A stretch of DNA of 64,000 nucleotides from Endomicrobium sp. (GCA_031289585.1 JAITPF010000006.1:7281-71280); one strand, 5' to 3'. Positions 1 through 9,809 are shown, counted from the stretch's first letter. A program made the numbers and translations. The notes: a model not told the origin generated them from the letters alone.

Positions 1-594
1 CAAATAGATTTAGATATAGTATGTATAAATGCGGCAAATCCTTTTGGCAATGGAATGCTTATACCAGCAGGAATTTTGAGAGAAAAACCGACGGCTTTAA
101 GAAGGGCTGAACTTATAATTATTACAAATTCCGATATGGTTTCATATGAAGAGCTTATAAAATTAGAAAAAATAATATTTGCTTTATCAGGACAAAGACC
201 CATTGTAAGCTGTTACGGTGAGTTTGAATACAAAACTACAGATTTAAGTACGGATTTTAGTATAGAACTTTTAAAAAAATCTGATGTATACGCTTTAAGC
301 GCTATATGTTTTGCGAAAGGGTTTAAAAATTCTATTGAAAAGTCAGGAATAAAGATAAAAGACAGTATAGTTTTAAGGGACCATAGTGGTTACAGCGATA
401 ATAAACTTAAAAAAATAATACATCGAAAAGGAAAAGATTCATATTTTATCGCTACAGCAAAGGATGCTGTTAAATTTCAAAATATTAATGTAGATTTTAA
501 AGAGAAAATTGCTATACTTACAGTGAAACCGATATTTAAAATAGGGAAAGCGCAATGGGAGCGAGAAGTATTAAAACGTCTGCCGTTTTTTTAG
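1..594 (+). CDS. lpxK: Tetraacyldisaccharide 4'-kinase, C-terminal part (5' end outside window)
   Basis: Frame 1 is open from base 1: QIDLDIVCINAANPFGNGMLIPAGILRE matches the LpxK D.D...PFGNG.l.PAG.LRE motif; later DH and TAKDAVK motifs. Confidence 0.85.
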   Translation, partial: QIDLDIVCINAANPFGNGMLIPAGILREKPTALRRAELIIITNSDMVSYEELIKLEKIIFALSGQRPIVSCYGEFEYKTTDLSTDFSIELLKKSDVYALSAICFAKGFKNSIEKSGIKIKDSIVLRDHSGYSDNKLKKIIHRKGKDSYFIATAKDAVKFQNINVDFKEKIAILTVKPIFKIGKAQWEREVLKRLPFF

Positions 595-1136
595 ATAGAG
601 ACGGGACGATTATTTTTGATAAAAATTATTTAAATTCACCCAAACAAGTAAAACTTTATTCTTTTGCTGCAAAAAGTATAACTAAGTTACAAGCGGCAGG
701 CTTTAAAATAGTTGTTGTAACAAACCAGTCTGGTGTTGCCAGGAGAATGTTTTCAGAGGAAGAATTGCAAAAAATACATAAAAGATTTTTATCTCTTCTT
801 AAAGCAGATGGAGCAAAAATAGATGCCATTTATTATTGTCCTCATATTGATGAAAATAAATGCGATTGCAGGAAACCTAAGATAGGTATGGTGCTGCAAG
901 GTGCGAAAGATTTAAATATAGATCTTAAAAAGTCTTATACTGTGGGAGACAGTATAAGAGATTATCTTTTAGGTTTTAATATGGGCGGCAAAGGTATTTT
1001 AGTTCTTACCGGTCACGGTAAAAACCAGCAAAAAAACATATCAAAAGAAAAAGTTAAACCATTTGCGGTATGCAAAACTTTAAAACAAGCCACAGATTTA
1101 ATTATAAAAAATAGTGCTAGTATGAATAGACTCTAA
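555..1136 (+). CDS. gmhB: D,D-heptose 1,7-bisphosphate phosphatase (HAD IIIA)
   Basis: FLDRDGTI, VVTNQSGV, YYCPH...CDCRKPKIGM, VGD motifs. Confidence 0.85.
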   Translation: MGARSIKTSAVFLDRDGTIIFDKNYLNSPKQVKLYSFAAKSITKLQAAGFKIVVVTNQSGVARRMFSEEELQKIHKRFLSLLKADGAKIDAIYYCPHIDENKCDCRKPKIGMVLQGAKDLNIDLKKSYTVGDSIRDYLLGFNMGGKGILVLTGHGKNQQKNISKEKVKPFAVCKTLKQATDLIIKNSASMNRL

Positions 1137-1394
1137 ATGGGCATAACGGTCAAAAAGAGTTGCTAAAAACAGTCAATTTGAAACAAAATATAGACGACGA
1201 AATAGAACAATAGTAGTCTGATTATTAAAAAGGTTTAATAATCATGAAGAAAAGTGTCAAAGCAACGAAATAAAATTGTATGGCAAAACAGCTAAACATA
1301 AAATGCAGAGGTCATAATGGATTGTCTTTAAATCACAAAATTGCTTACTTGAAATTGGTATTGTTCCTTTAAAAATACTTATCTTTTAGTCCTG

Positions 1395-1541
1395 TCCGTC
1401 ATTGTGAAGCCAGAAGGGCTGTGGTAATCTTTCTTTTAACGATACAGATTGCTTCGTCAGGAGTTTGTCCTTACCCTCGCTGCCTTCGGCAGTGCGCAAT
1501 GACAGCAAAAAAGGTGTCATTCCCGTGAAAACGGGAATCCA
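1395..1541. repeat. Composite REP-like palindromic element (family A), left of pur operon
   Basis: GTCATTG.GA...AATCT / AGATTGCTTCG...CGCAATGAC plus GTCATTCCCGTGAAAACGGGAATCC; inverted near-copy at 6174-6322. Confidence 0.85.
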
Positions 1542-1580
1542 TGTTAAAATTATGAAAGAACCTTTAAAAGGAGAATTAAG

Positions 1581-2459
1581 ATGGACAGTCAAGAAGATAA
1601 TATAAATCTTCCTTTAGTACATAAAGGAAAAGTTAGAAACGTTTATGATTTAGGGCAGAGCTATTTAATTGTAGCTTCTGATAGAATTTCAGCTTTTGAT
1701 TATGTTATCCCGACATTAATTCCAAATAAAGGTAAAATTCTTCACAAACTTTCAATGTTCTGGTTTGATTTTGTTCAAGGGATGGTTCCAAATCATATTA
1801 TTACTGGAGATTTTAATAGTTTTCCAGCAGCGCTTAAACAGTATCAATATTTATGTGATAGATCAATGATAGTAAAAAAAGCGAATAGAGTTGATATTGA
1901 GTGCGTTGTCAGAGGGTATCTTGCAGGTTCTGGATGGAAAGAATATCATAAGTCGCAACTGGTTTGTGGTATCAAATTACCTGAAGGTCTTAGGGAATCA
2001 TCAAAATTACCAAACCCTATTTTTACTCCGTCAAGCAAAGAAGAAAGTGGAAAGCATGACGAAAATATTTCTTTTGAAGAAACTGTAAAAAGAGTAGGAA
2101 AAGATACTGCTGAAAATTTACAAAAGATTTCATTTGAATTATATAAAAAAGTAAGCGAATATTCTATTTCTAGAGGTATAATACTTGCGGATACAAAACT
2201 AGAATTTGGTTTTTACGATAATCAGTTAATCTTGATAGATGAAATTTTTACTCCAGATTCATCAAGATTTTGGGAAATCGATAAGTATGAAGAAGGGAAA
2301 CCGCAGGACAGTTTAGATAAACAATATGTGAGAGATTATCTTGAGCGTATAAAATGGGATAAATCATCGCCTACTCCAGAACTCCCAAAAGATGTTGTTG
2401 AAAAAACTATGGAGAAATATATTAGTGCGTATGAAAAATTGACTGGGGGAAATTTTTAG
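1581..2459 (+). CDS. purC: SAICAR synthetase
   Basis: KGKVRNVY, SDRISAFD, ECVVRGYLAGSGW, ADTKLEFG, DEIFTPDSSRFW. Confidence 0.97.
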   Translation: MDSQEDNINLPLVHKGKVRNVYDLGQSYLIVASDRISAFDYVIPTLIPNKGKILHKLSMFWFDFVQGMVPNHIITGDFNSFPAALKQYQYLCDRSMIVKKANRVDIECVVRGYLAGSGWKEYHKSQLVCGIKLPEGLRESSKLPNPIFTPSSKEESGKHDENISFEETVKRVGKDTAENLQKISFELYKKVSEYSISRGIILADTKLEFGFYDNQLILIDEIFTPDSSRFWEIDKYEEGKPQDSLDKQYVRDYLERIKWDKSSPTPELPKDVVEKTMEKYISAYEKLTGGNF

Positions 2460-2462
2460 AGT

Positions 2463-2939
2463 ATGTTTAAGATAGAAATTCTTACAAAAAAAGGATTTAA
2501 AAATTCACATGGGAAACATGTCTTATCTGATATTACTGGCATTGGTATTAGAAATGTAATAAAGGTTGAATATTCACCTTTATATATTATTGATGGTGAC
2601 ATAAATTTTGTTGAAGCTAAAATGATAGCTTCGGAACTGTTAAGCGATAAGATAATTGAAACATATACCGTAAATAATCACTCTGAACATGATTCAAAAT
2701 CTACCGCTACTTTTAATTGTGCTCTTTTTGTCGTAGAGGTTTGGTATAAAACAGGCGTTACTGACACAGTGTCTGAAAGTGTTATGAAAGCTGTGAAAGA
2801 TTTAGGAATTATAAAGGAAATGAAAGTTAAAATGGGACATAAATATTATTTGTATGGTAAAATTTCACAAACTGTTTTAAATAATATAGCAACTAAATTG
2901 TTAGCAAATACATTAATTCAAGAGTATAAAATAAAATGA
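2463..2939 (+). CDS. purS: Double-length PurS-like FGAM synthase subunit
   Basis: Two PurS-like halves ending ASELLSDKIIETY and ATKLLANTLIQEY; lies between purC and purL. Confidence 0.7.
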   Translation: MFKIEILTKKGFKNSHGKHVLSDITGIGIRNVIKVEYSPLYIIDGDINFVEAKMIASELLSDKIIETYTVNNHSEHDSKSTATFNCALFVVEVWYKTGVTDTVSESVMKAVKDLGIIKEMKVKMGHKYYLYGKISQTVLNNIATKLLANTLIQEYKIK

Positions 2940-5353
2940 AAAGTACGACTAACTGTAAAATTGTTAAGATTTTAGATTTATCTGATAAACAATTGCTTGA
3001 GTTAAGCAGGAAAAATGTTCTTTCATTGTCACTTGAAGAGATGAAGGCAATTCAGAACTATTTTAAAAAACTTAAAAGAAATCCTACCGATGTTGAAATT
3101 GAAACTATAGCTCAGACGTGGAGTGAACACTGTAAGCATAAAACGTTGACAGGAGTAATAGAATATACCGAAGAAAAGGGTAGCCAAAAGGTACGAAGAA
3201 CATACCGTAATCTATTAAAAGAGACTATTTTCAAAGCTACAGTAGAATTAAATAAAAAGTGGTGCTTATCTGTTTTTAAAGATAATGCTGGGGTTATTGA
3301 ATTTGATTCCAAAAATGGTGTTGCTTTTAAAGTTGAGACGCATAATCACCCATCAGCTCTTGAGCCGTATGGTGGTTCTGCAACGGGTATAGGTGGTGTT
3401 ATAAGAGATATTTTAGGAGTTGGTCTTGGAGCTAAACCTTTAGCTAATACAGATGTATTTTGTTTTGGAAATCCAAATACAGTTGCTTCCAAAGTACCTG
3501 AAGGAATGCATCACCCTAAAAGAATAGTAAAAGGCGTTGTGTCCGGCGTAAGAGATTATGGAAATAGAATGGGAATACCTACAGTAAACGGAGCGGTTTA
3601 TTTTGATGATGGTTATATGGCAAACCCTCTTGTTTATTGTGGAACTATGGGAATAATACCAAAAAACAAAATAGAAAAAAAAGTTAATTTTGGAGATTTG
3701 ATTTTGGTTGTTGGTGGAAGAACGGGTAGAGACGGAATACATGGAGCGACGTTTTCTTCAATACAGCTTGATCAAGAATCTGACGTAACTGCTGTTCAGA
3801 TAGGAAATCCTATAGTTGAAAAAAAAGTTTTAGATGTGATGCTTAAAGCAAGAAACTTAAATCTTTACAGAGCGGTTACTGATTGTGGTGCTGGCGGTTT
3901 ATCCAGCGCTGTTGGCGAGCTTGGTGAAAAAACAGGAGCTGTTGTTTATCTTAATAAAGTTCCTTTAAAATATCAAGGACTTAGTCCGTGGGAGATATGG
4001 ATTTCAGAAGCTCAGGAGAGAATGGTTTTTGCTGTTCCTCCAAAAAATAAAAAGAAAATTGTTGAAATATTTAAAAAGGAAAATGTTGAAGCAGTTTTTA
4101 TTGGGGAATTTACAAAAGATAAAAAGCTTACTCTTATTTATAATAATGATGTTGTAACAAGTATGGATATGAAGTTTCTCCATGATGGAGTTCCTAAACC
4201 TACAAGACTTGCAGTTTGTAAAGTAAAAGAAGAAAAAGAGCAGAAACCAGTTAAGATGACTTCTTCTGAAATTTCAAAAGCTCTAAGAGCTTCACTTGCC
4301 GATTTAAATGTTTGTTCTAAAGAATGGATTATAAGGCAGTATGATCACGAAGTGCAAGGGCAGACTGTTATAAAACCGTTGCAAGGAAATGATATTGAGG
4401 TATCAGGTCCTGGCGATGCTGCTGTTATTTTCCCATACACTGTTGTTAGAGGTACAAAAAAAGGAATTGTTTTGTCTAATGGGTTAAATCCGCAGTATGG
4501 AAAGATAAATACTTATAAAATGGCAGCATCTGCAATAGAAGAAGCTTTAAGGAATGCAGTTGCTGTTGGGTCTGATGTTGAAAAGATGTCAATATTGGAT
4601 AATTTTTGTTGGGGAAATCCTAACAAACCGGAAATTTTAGGAAGTTTAGTGCGTGCGGCAAATGCTTGCTATGATATGTCAAAAGCTTTTGATGTTCCTT
4701 TTATATCTGGAAAAGATAGTTTGCACAATGAATATTCTATAGGCGGGAAAAAATATTCGATACCTCCGGCACTTTTAATCTCTGCAATGGGCGTTATAGA
4801 AAATGTAGCAAATACCATTACAATGCCTTTAAAAAATAATGGAAATAAAATATTCGTTTTAGGAATTACAAGAGATGAGCTTGGAGGATCTGTACTTGCT
4901 AAGATAAAAAATATTAAAGATGGTATAGTGCCTAACGTATATCCAAAAGAATCTAAAGAAATAATGAAAAGGATTTATAAAGCAATAAATAAAAATTTAA
5001 TAGAATCTTGTCACGACTGTTCTGAAGGTGGTTTAGCTGTAGCAATAAGCGAAATGGCTTTTTCAGCAGATAGAGGCGTTAAAATAGACATAGATGCTAT
5101 TAAGACTGAAACAATTAGATCTATGACCATAGCGGAAATATTATTTTCAGAGTCTAACGGCAGATTTATTGTTGAAGTGTACCCCGACAATGAAGAAAAA
5201 TTTCAAGAAATCTTCAATTGTACAGTTTTTTCTAAAGTTGGTTATGTAAATGATGATAAAAAGATAATTTTTGAAAGCAAAAAAAATAAAATAAAAGTAC
5301 AGGAAGATCCTGAAACCCTATTAAAAGTATGGCAGAGTACTATGAACTGGTAA
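2936..5353 (+). CDS. purL: Phosphoribosylformylglycinamidine synthase subunit PurL
   Basis: QTWSEHCKHK, KVETHNHPS, GRDGIHGA, DCGAGG, SGKDSL, HDCSEGG. Confidence 0.97.
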   Translation: MKSTTNCKIVKILDLSDKQLLELSRKNVLSLSLEEMKAIQNYFKKLKRNPTDVEIETIAQTWSEHCKHKTLTGVIEYTEEKGSQKVRRTYRNLLKETIFKATVELNKKWCLSVFKDNAGVIEFDSKNGVAFKVETHNHPSALEPYGGSATGIGGVIRDILGVGLGAKPLANTDVFCFGNPNTVASKVPEGMHHPKRIVKGVVSGVRDYGNRMGIPTVNGAVYFDDGYMANPLVYCGTMGIIPKNKIEKKVNFGDLILVVGGRTGRDGIHGATFSSIQLDQESDVTAVQIGNPIVEKKVLDVMLKARNLNLYRAVTDCGAGGLSSAVGELGEKTGAVVYLNKVPLKYQGLSPWEIWISEAQERMVFAVPPKNKKKIVEIFKKENVEAVFIGEFTKDKKLTLIYNNDVVTSMDMKFLHDGVPKPTRLAVCKVKEEKEQKPVKMTSSEISKALRASLADLNVCSKEWIIRQYDHEVQGQTVIKPLQGNDIEVSGPGDAAVIFPYTVVRGTKKGIVLSNGLNPQYGKINTYKMAASAIEEALRNAVAVGSDVEKMSILDNFCWGNPNKPEILGSLVRAANACYDMSKAFDVPFISGKDSLHNEYSIGGKKYSIPPALLISAMGVIENVANTITMPLKNNGNKIFVLGITRDELGGSVLAKIKNIKDGIVPNVYPKESKEIMKRIYKAINKNLIESCHDCSEGGLAVAISEMAFSADRGVKIDIDAIKTETIRSMTIAEILFSESNGRFIVEVYPDNEEKFQEIFNCTVFSKVGYVNDDKKIIFESKKNKIKVQEDPETLLKVWQSTMNW

Positions 5354-5357
5354 AAAT

Positions 5358-6143
5358 ATGAAAAAAGTTAAAACATTAATTTTAAGAACTGCAGGAACAA
5401 ATTGTGATTATGAAACACAGGCTGCTTTTGAATTGTGCGGAGCTGTTGTGGAATGTGTACATATCAATACTCTTATTGAAAAAAAGGATAAAATTTTTGA
5501 ATATGATATTTTGGCTTTTCCAGGTGGATTTTCTTATGGTGATGATATAGCGTCTGGTAAAATATTATCAAATGAAGTCAAAAATAAACTTGGCGATAAA
5601 TTTAAGAAATTCGCATTAAGCGATAAGCCGATTATTGGTATATGTAATGGCTTTCAGGTTTTAGTTAAAATGGGATTGCTTCCCGAGCCAAAACTTTTTG
5701 AACAAATTTCTACTCTTTCTTATAATGATTCTGATAAATTTGAATGCCGTTGGGTTTATTTAAAAACTGAAAAAAAAGTTAAAAATGAATCTAATTGTAT
5801 CTGGACAAAAAATTTACCTGATATAATAAGTTTGTCTATAGCTCACGGTGAAGGAAAATTCATTCCAAACAATAAAAAACTTTTAAATAGTTTAAATAAA
5901 AATAATCAGATTGTTTTTAGATATTCTTCAAAAGATGGTAGCAAACCTGAATATCCTTTAGATCCAAACGGATCTATAGAGCAGATAGCTGGAATATGTA
6001 ATACAAAAGGGAATATTTTTGGACTTATGCCTCACCCTGAGAGATATGTTTTTGCTTTACAACATCCTGCAAAAGAGGGTTTTGATGGTGAATACGGCTG
6101 GGGTAAAATTATCTTCCAAAATGCCGTTGATTTTGTAAAATAA
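5358..6143 (+). CDS. purQ: FGAM synthase glutaminase subunit
   Basis: GTNCD, PGGFSYGD, GICNGFQ, HGEGK, GLMPHPER. Confidence 0.97.
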   Translation: MKKVKTLILRTAGTNCDYETQAAFELCGAVVECVHINTLIEKKDKIFEYDILAFPGGFSYGDDIASGKILSNEVKNKLGDKFKKFALSDKPIIGICNGFQVLVKMGLLPEPKLFEQISTLSYNDSDKFECRWVYLKTEKKVKNESNCIWTKNLPDIISLSIAHGEGKFIPNNKKLLNSLNKNNQIVFRYSSKDGSKPEYPLDPNGSIEQIAGICNTKGNIFGLMPHPERYVFALQHPAKEGFDGEYGWGKIIFQNAVDFVK

Positions 6144-6173
6144 CGATGATAGGTAATAAGACCAAAAGAATAT

Positions 6174-6322
6174 CGTGTCATACCCGTTTTCACGGGTATG
6201 ACACCTTTTTTGCTGTCATTGCGCACTGCCGAAGGCAGCGAGGGTAAGGGCAAAGTCCTGACGAAGCAATTTATGCAGTTAGTAAAGGAAAGATTACCAC
6301 AAGCCCTTCGGACTTCGCAATG
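6174..6322. repeat. Composite REP-like element (family A), inverted copy of 1395-1541
   Basis: Reverse complement aligns over about 140 bp with 1395-1541, including CCTTACCCTCGCTGCCTTCGGCAGTGCGCAATGACAGCAAAAAAGGTGTCAT. Confidence 0.85.
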
Positions 6323-6342
6323 GGTATAGTGGTCAAAAAGAG

Positions 6343-6894
6343 TTGCTAATTTTTATAGTTTTTGTTCTTTCAAAATATATGCTGGTTTTAAAATATGAGA
6401 AACATTCAATAAATAAAAAAATTGCATTAAAATTGTCAGTCGCAGTTACAGGTGATCATAATTTCTGGAATATGTTAGCGTATTCAAATGAAAGAACGTT
6501 GGATTCTTTGAGTGTTCCTTTCTATTTATATATTCCAGATGCATTGAAACCTAAAAATATTGATACCTCTGTTTTTGGATTTCATTTAGATATTATGCCT
6601 ACACTTTATAATTTATCTCTTTCGGACTGTGAATATATGGCTATGGGGCAAAATCTTTTATCTGAAAAAGCAAAAGACAATATTATTTTTATGGATTTTG
6701 GAATTATAATGAACAAAAATGTTGTTGTTAGATACAATTTTCATAACGGAAAATCTGAATACTATAACCGGGATAAAAATAAAAACAGGGAAATTGAGTC
6801 TTCTATTGGAACTAATGAGCATGAGGAACTGATTAAGCATTATTTATCGTCACTAGCGGTTTCAGAATATTTAATTAAAAATACTGGGAAGTAG
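6343..6894 (+). pseudogene. C-terminal fragment of an LTA-synthase/sulfatase-family protein
   Basis: AVTGDH, VPFYLYIP, HLDIMPTL, MGQNLL motifs; no N-terminal membrane or catalytic region, weak TTG start directly after a repeat. Confidence 0.65.
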
Positions 6895-7075
6895 TCCTGC
6901 AGTGTTTAAAAATTAAAATTGTTACTCTTGAACTGAGCGTTATCTTTCCCCAAAAGCAGTTTTTGTAAAAGGTAGTTTTAAAAATGTCTTTTAAACTTTA
7001 AGTCAACTGCTATGGGCTTACGCCTGTAATTGCCATAAGGTATGGTTATGGCAGACAAAGTACATATTACAATAA

Positions 7076-7104
7076 TTGAAAACAAGTTAATATTAGGGTA
7101 TAAT
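7076..7104 (+). promoter_or_regulatory. Sigma70-type promoter
   Basis: TTGAAA-17 nt-TATAAT. Confidence 0.7.
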
Positions 7105-7139
7105 TAAAAGAAATATTGGGTAAAGCATAGATTTATGAT

Positions 7140-7275
7140 ACATTGACTGTGCACTGTGCTTTTCTCGCTGATTGTTCTTGCTTCTGTACGTCGGAGGCAG
7201 AGAGGGGTAAGGTATTTGAAGGTAAACTCCATCAAAGGTTTATTTTACAACAAATGAGTAAACTGTGTGTCAAGG
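7140..7275 (+). ncRNA. Candidate structured RNA (unassigned leader or 6S-like)
   Basis: Nested pairings TTGAC/GTCAA, GCTTTC/GAAGGT, TTGTTC/GGGTAA, GCTTCTG/CGGAGGC; GC-richer than its flanks; downstream of a strong promoter. Confidence 0.35.
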
Positions 7276-7313
7276 AATAATTATAAATATAATATTTATG
7301 GAGACCTTAAAAA

Positions 7314-8480
7314 ATGAAAATTTGTTACAACGAAAAACTAAAAAAATTATCACCTTATCTTTTTATTGAAATAGATAAAAAGAAAAAAGAAGCAATTGAG
7401 AGAGGGGCAGATATAATATCTTTAGGTGTTGGCGATCCTGACTTACCTACGCCAAAACATATAATAAAATCTATGCAAGAAGCTGTAACAAGATCTGAAA
7501 ATCATCAGTATCCTTTTGGTGCAGGTTTGCTTTCTTACAGAAAAGCTGTTGCAGAATGGTACAAAAAAAGGTTTAACGTTGATTTGAGCGCTGATGAAGT
7601 GTGCGCTCTTATAGGTTCAAAGGAAGGTATAGGGCACATGCATTTAGGTTTTATAAATCCTGGAGATGTAGTTTTAATACCAGAACCTGGTTATCCCGTA
7701 TATAATACGGGGACTATTTTTACTGAAGGAGTCCCATACTTTATGCCTTTGCTTGAAAAAAATGATTTCTTACCGGATTTGGGTGCAATTCCTTCAGATA
7801 TTCTTAAAAAAGCAAAATTAATTTTTATAAATTATCCTAATAATCCGACTGCTGCGGTTGCTCCAAAAGAATTTTATTTGGAACTTATAGAGTTTGCAAA
7901 AAAGAATAATATAATTGTTGCTGCAGATGCTGCATATTCGGAAATATATTATGATGAAAATGAGAAACCGTCAAGTTTCCTAGAATTTTTTGGAGCCAAG
8001 GAAATAGGTGTAGAATTTCATTCGCTTTCTAAAACTTATAATATGACTGGTTGGCGTATAGGCTGGGTTTGTGGTAATAAAGATGTGGTTGCAGGTATTG
8101 CGAAAGTAAAAGATAATTATGATTCAGGTGTTTTTCAGGCAGTTCAAGAGGCAGCGATTACAGCTCTTACATCTTCTCAAAAATGTGTAGAAGATGCCAG
8201 AAAAATGTATAAAGAACGCAGGGACGCTTTAGTTGAAGGTTTGCAAAAACTGGATTGGAAAGTAAATTTGCCAAAAGCTTCTTTTTACGTTTGGGCAAAA
8301 GTTCCAGAGGGTTATACTTCTTCACAAGTTGTTGCAAAACTTCTTGATGAAGCAGCAATAATATGTACTCCGGGAAATGGTATGGGTAAAAGCGGTGAAG
8401 GTTATGTTAGATTCGCTCTTACTGTAAATGTACCAAGAATTAAAGAAGCTATAGCACGTATCAGTAAAATAAAATGGTAA
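7314..8480 (+). CDS. dapL: LL-diaminopimelate aminotransferase (class I/II PLP enzyme)
   Basis: PYLFIEID, LGVGDPD, IGSKEGI, NYPNNPT, DAAYSE, SLSKTYNMTGWRIG. Confidence 0.85.
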   Translation: MKICYNEKLKKLSPYLFIEIDKKKKEAIERGADIISLGVGDPDLPTPKHIIKSMQEAVTRSENHQYPFGAGLLSYRKAVAEWYKKRFNVDLSADEVCALIGSKEGIGHMHLGFINPGDVVLIPEPGYPVYNTGTIFTEGVPYFMPLLEKNDFLPDLGAIPSDILKKAKLIFINYPNNPTAAVAPKEFYLELIEFAKKNNIIVAADAAYSEIYYDENEKPSSFLEFFGAKEIGVEFHSLSKTYNMTGWRIGWVCGNKDVVAGIAKVKDNYDSGVFQAVQEAAITALTSSQKCVEDARKMYKERRDALVEGLQKLDWKVNLPKASFYVWAKVPEGYTSSQVVAKLLDEAAIICTPGNGMGKSGEGYVRFALTVNVPRIKEAIARISKIKW

Positions 8481-8497
8481 GTTTGTAGGAGAAATTT

Positions 8498-8918
8498 GTG
8501 AAACTTGATTGTCAAGTCTAAGAAAAGCTATTTGAGTCTTTAGTTGAAGTAATAAATGTTTCTAATAGATTGATAAAGCGTGAAGCAAGTACTCCTGAAG
8601 AAATAGCTATTCGTTCTGGTGTTATACAAAACTTTGAATTTACTTTTGAGCTTTCTTGGAAGTTCATTAAACGTTGGGTAGAATTATATGCTAATGGTAA
8701 AGTGTCAGCTGAAACGCGTAAACAATTATATAGACTTGCATTTGAGTATAAGCTAGAATAAAGAAGTATTAGGAAGGTGGTTTAAGTATAACGAAGCAAG
8801 AAATATAACTTCCCATACATACAATGAAGCAAAAGCTGATTTGGTGTATAAAATTGCAAAAGAGTTTTTAAAAGATGCAAAAAGTTTGTTAGCTAATTTA
8901 GAGAAATTGTATGACTAA
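8498..8918 (+). pseudogene. Frameshifted HEPN toxin (HI0074-family nucleotidyltransferase substrate-binding protein)
   Basis: GTG start after AGGAG; reconstructs MKLD.SSLRKAIESL...SGVIQNFEFTFELSWK...WFKYNEARNITSHTYNEAKA only with indels near 8510, 8534 and 8756. Confidence 0.85.
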
Positions 8919-9234
8919 TACAAAAACTATAGATCTGGAAGAAAAATATTGGGAGATGGTAAAAAACATATTAGCTTTTACTCTTAAAGGAAAGAATGTT
9001 AAAGTATATACTTTTGGTTCAAGGGTAAAAGGAACGACAAAAAGAGCTTCAGATATAGATTTAGCTTTAGATGCAAATGGAACAAGTTTAGATTATTTTT
9101 TTATTGCAAACATGAAATCTTACTTTCAAGAAAGCAATATTCCCTACAGTGTGGATATAATAGACTTAAATGAAATTTCAGCCAGTTTTAAAGAATTTAT
9201 CAAAAACGATTTGATTGAAATAGAATATAAATAG
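8911..9234 (+). CDS. Minimal nucleotidyltransferase (MNT) antitoxin
   Basis: FGSRVKGTTKRASDIDLA (GSx10DxD) and PYSVDIIDL. Confidence 0.88.
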   Translation: MTNTKTIDLEEKYWEMVKNILAFTLKGKNVKVYTFGSRVKGTTKRASDIDLALDANGTSLDYFFIANMKSYFQESNIPYSVDIIDLNEISASFKEFIKNDLIEIEYK

Positions 9235-9319
9235 TGCTCTAGAGCACTTTTATCTATCTAGGTGGTTTTCTTAATATAAAATATTTTTTTCAATGTTAGT
9301 TTGTTAATTTTGATGTTTT

Positions 9320-9383
9320 TCGTTGCGAATTTGACTATTTTTCCGCATAACACTTTTGCTCTATTAGTGTGAATAAATTCTAA
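9320..9383. mobile_element. MITE family B right-end remnant
   Basis: TTGACTATTTT...CTTTTGCTCTATTAGTGTGAATAAATTCTAA matches the termini at 23100-23123 and 41340-41363. Confidence 0.65.
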
Positions 9384-9406
9384 AATAATACTAAATAGGA
9401 GTTTAT

Positions 9407-9784
9407 ATGAAAAACAATTTCCCTATTTTTGACAAAGTTACGGTATCTTTACTTGAAGCAATGCCTTATGAATATTGCGGAAAAGATATAAATGTCTGTA
9501 TTGAAACAGAAGAGTTTACTTGTCTTTGTCCATGGACAGGTCTTCCAGACTTTGCATATATTGTTATAAATTATACTCCTGATAAAAGTGTTATAGAACT
9601 GAAGTCTTTAAAATTGTATTTACAAAGTTATAGAATGGTTGGTATAGTTCATGAGAGCGTTGTAAACAACATTTTAAACGACTTAGTAAAAATTGTAAAA
9701 CCTAAAGAAATGTCTATAGATATTGAGTTTAAAATACGTGGTGGACTAACAACAACTGTAAGTACGCAATATTGTAAAAAATAA
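9407..9784 (+). CDS. queF: NADPH-dependent 7-cyano-7-deazaguanine reductase (single T-fold type)
   Basis: EFTCLCPWTGLPDFA, ELKSLKLYL, HES, RGG. Confidence 0.93.
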   Translation: MKNNFPIFDKVTVSLLEAMPYEYCGKDINVCIETEEFTCLCPWTGLPDFAYIVINYTPDKSVIELKSLKLYLQSYRMVGIVHESVVNNILNDLVKIVKPKEMSIDIEFKIRGGLTTTVSTQYCKK

Positions 9785-9809
9785 ATATGATTATACCTAA
9801 GGAAAATAA

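Noticed and set aside
1386-1592. Short ORFs over repeats (also 6032-6253, 37586-37798, 41069-41263, 44189-44395, 62537-62812)
   Set aside because: Translations of REP-like or MITE sequence, with no RBS or protein motifs
6895-7070. Pseudogene or regulatory hairpin (TGCCATAA...TTATGGCA) before the dapL promoter
   Set aside because: No recognisable protein motif in any frame; single hairpin without a U-tract
7111-7313. Canonical lysine riboswitch upstream of dapL
   Set aside because: Conserved lysine-aptamer motifs and a terminator are not found; kept only as an unassigned RNA candidate
9235-9406. preQ1 riboswitch upstream of queF
   Set aside because: No preQ1 stem-loop with A-rich tail; the region is a MITE remnant
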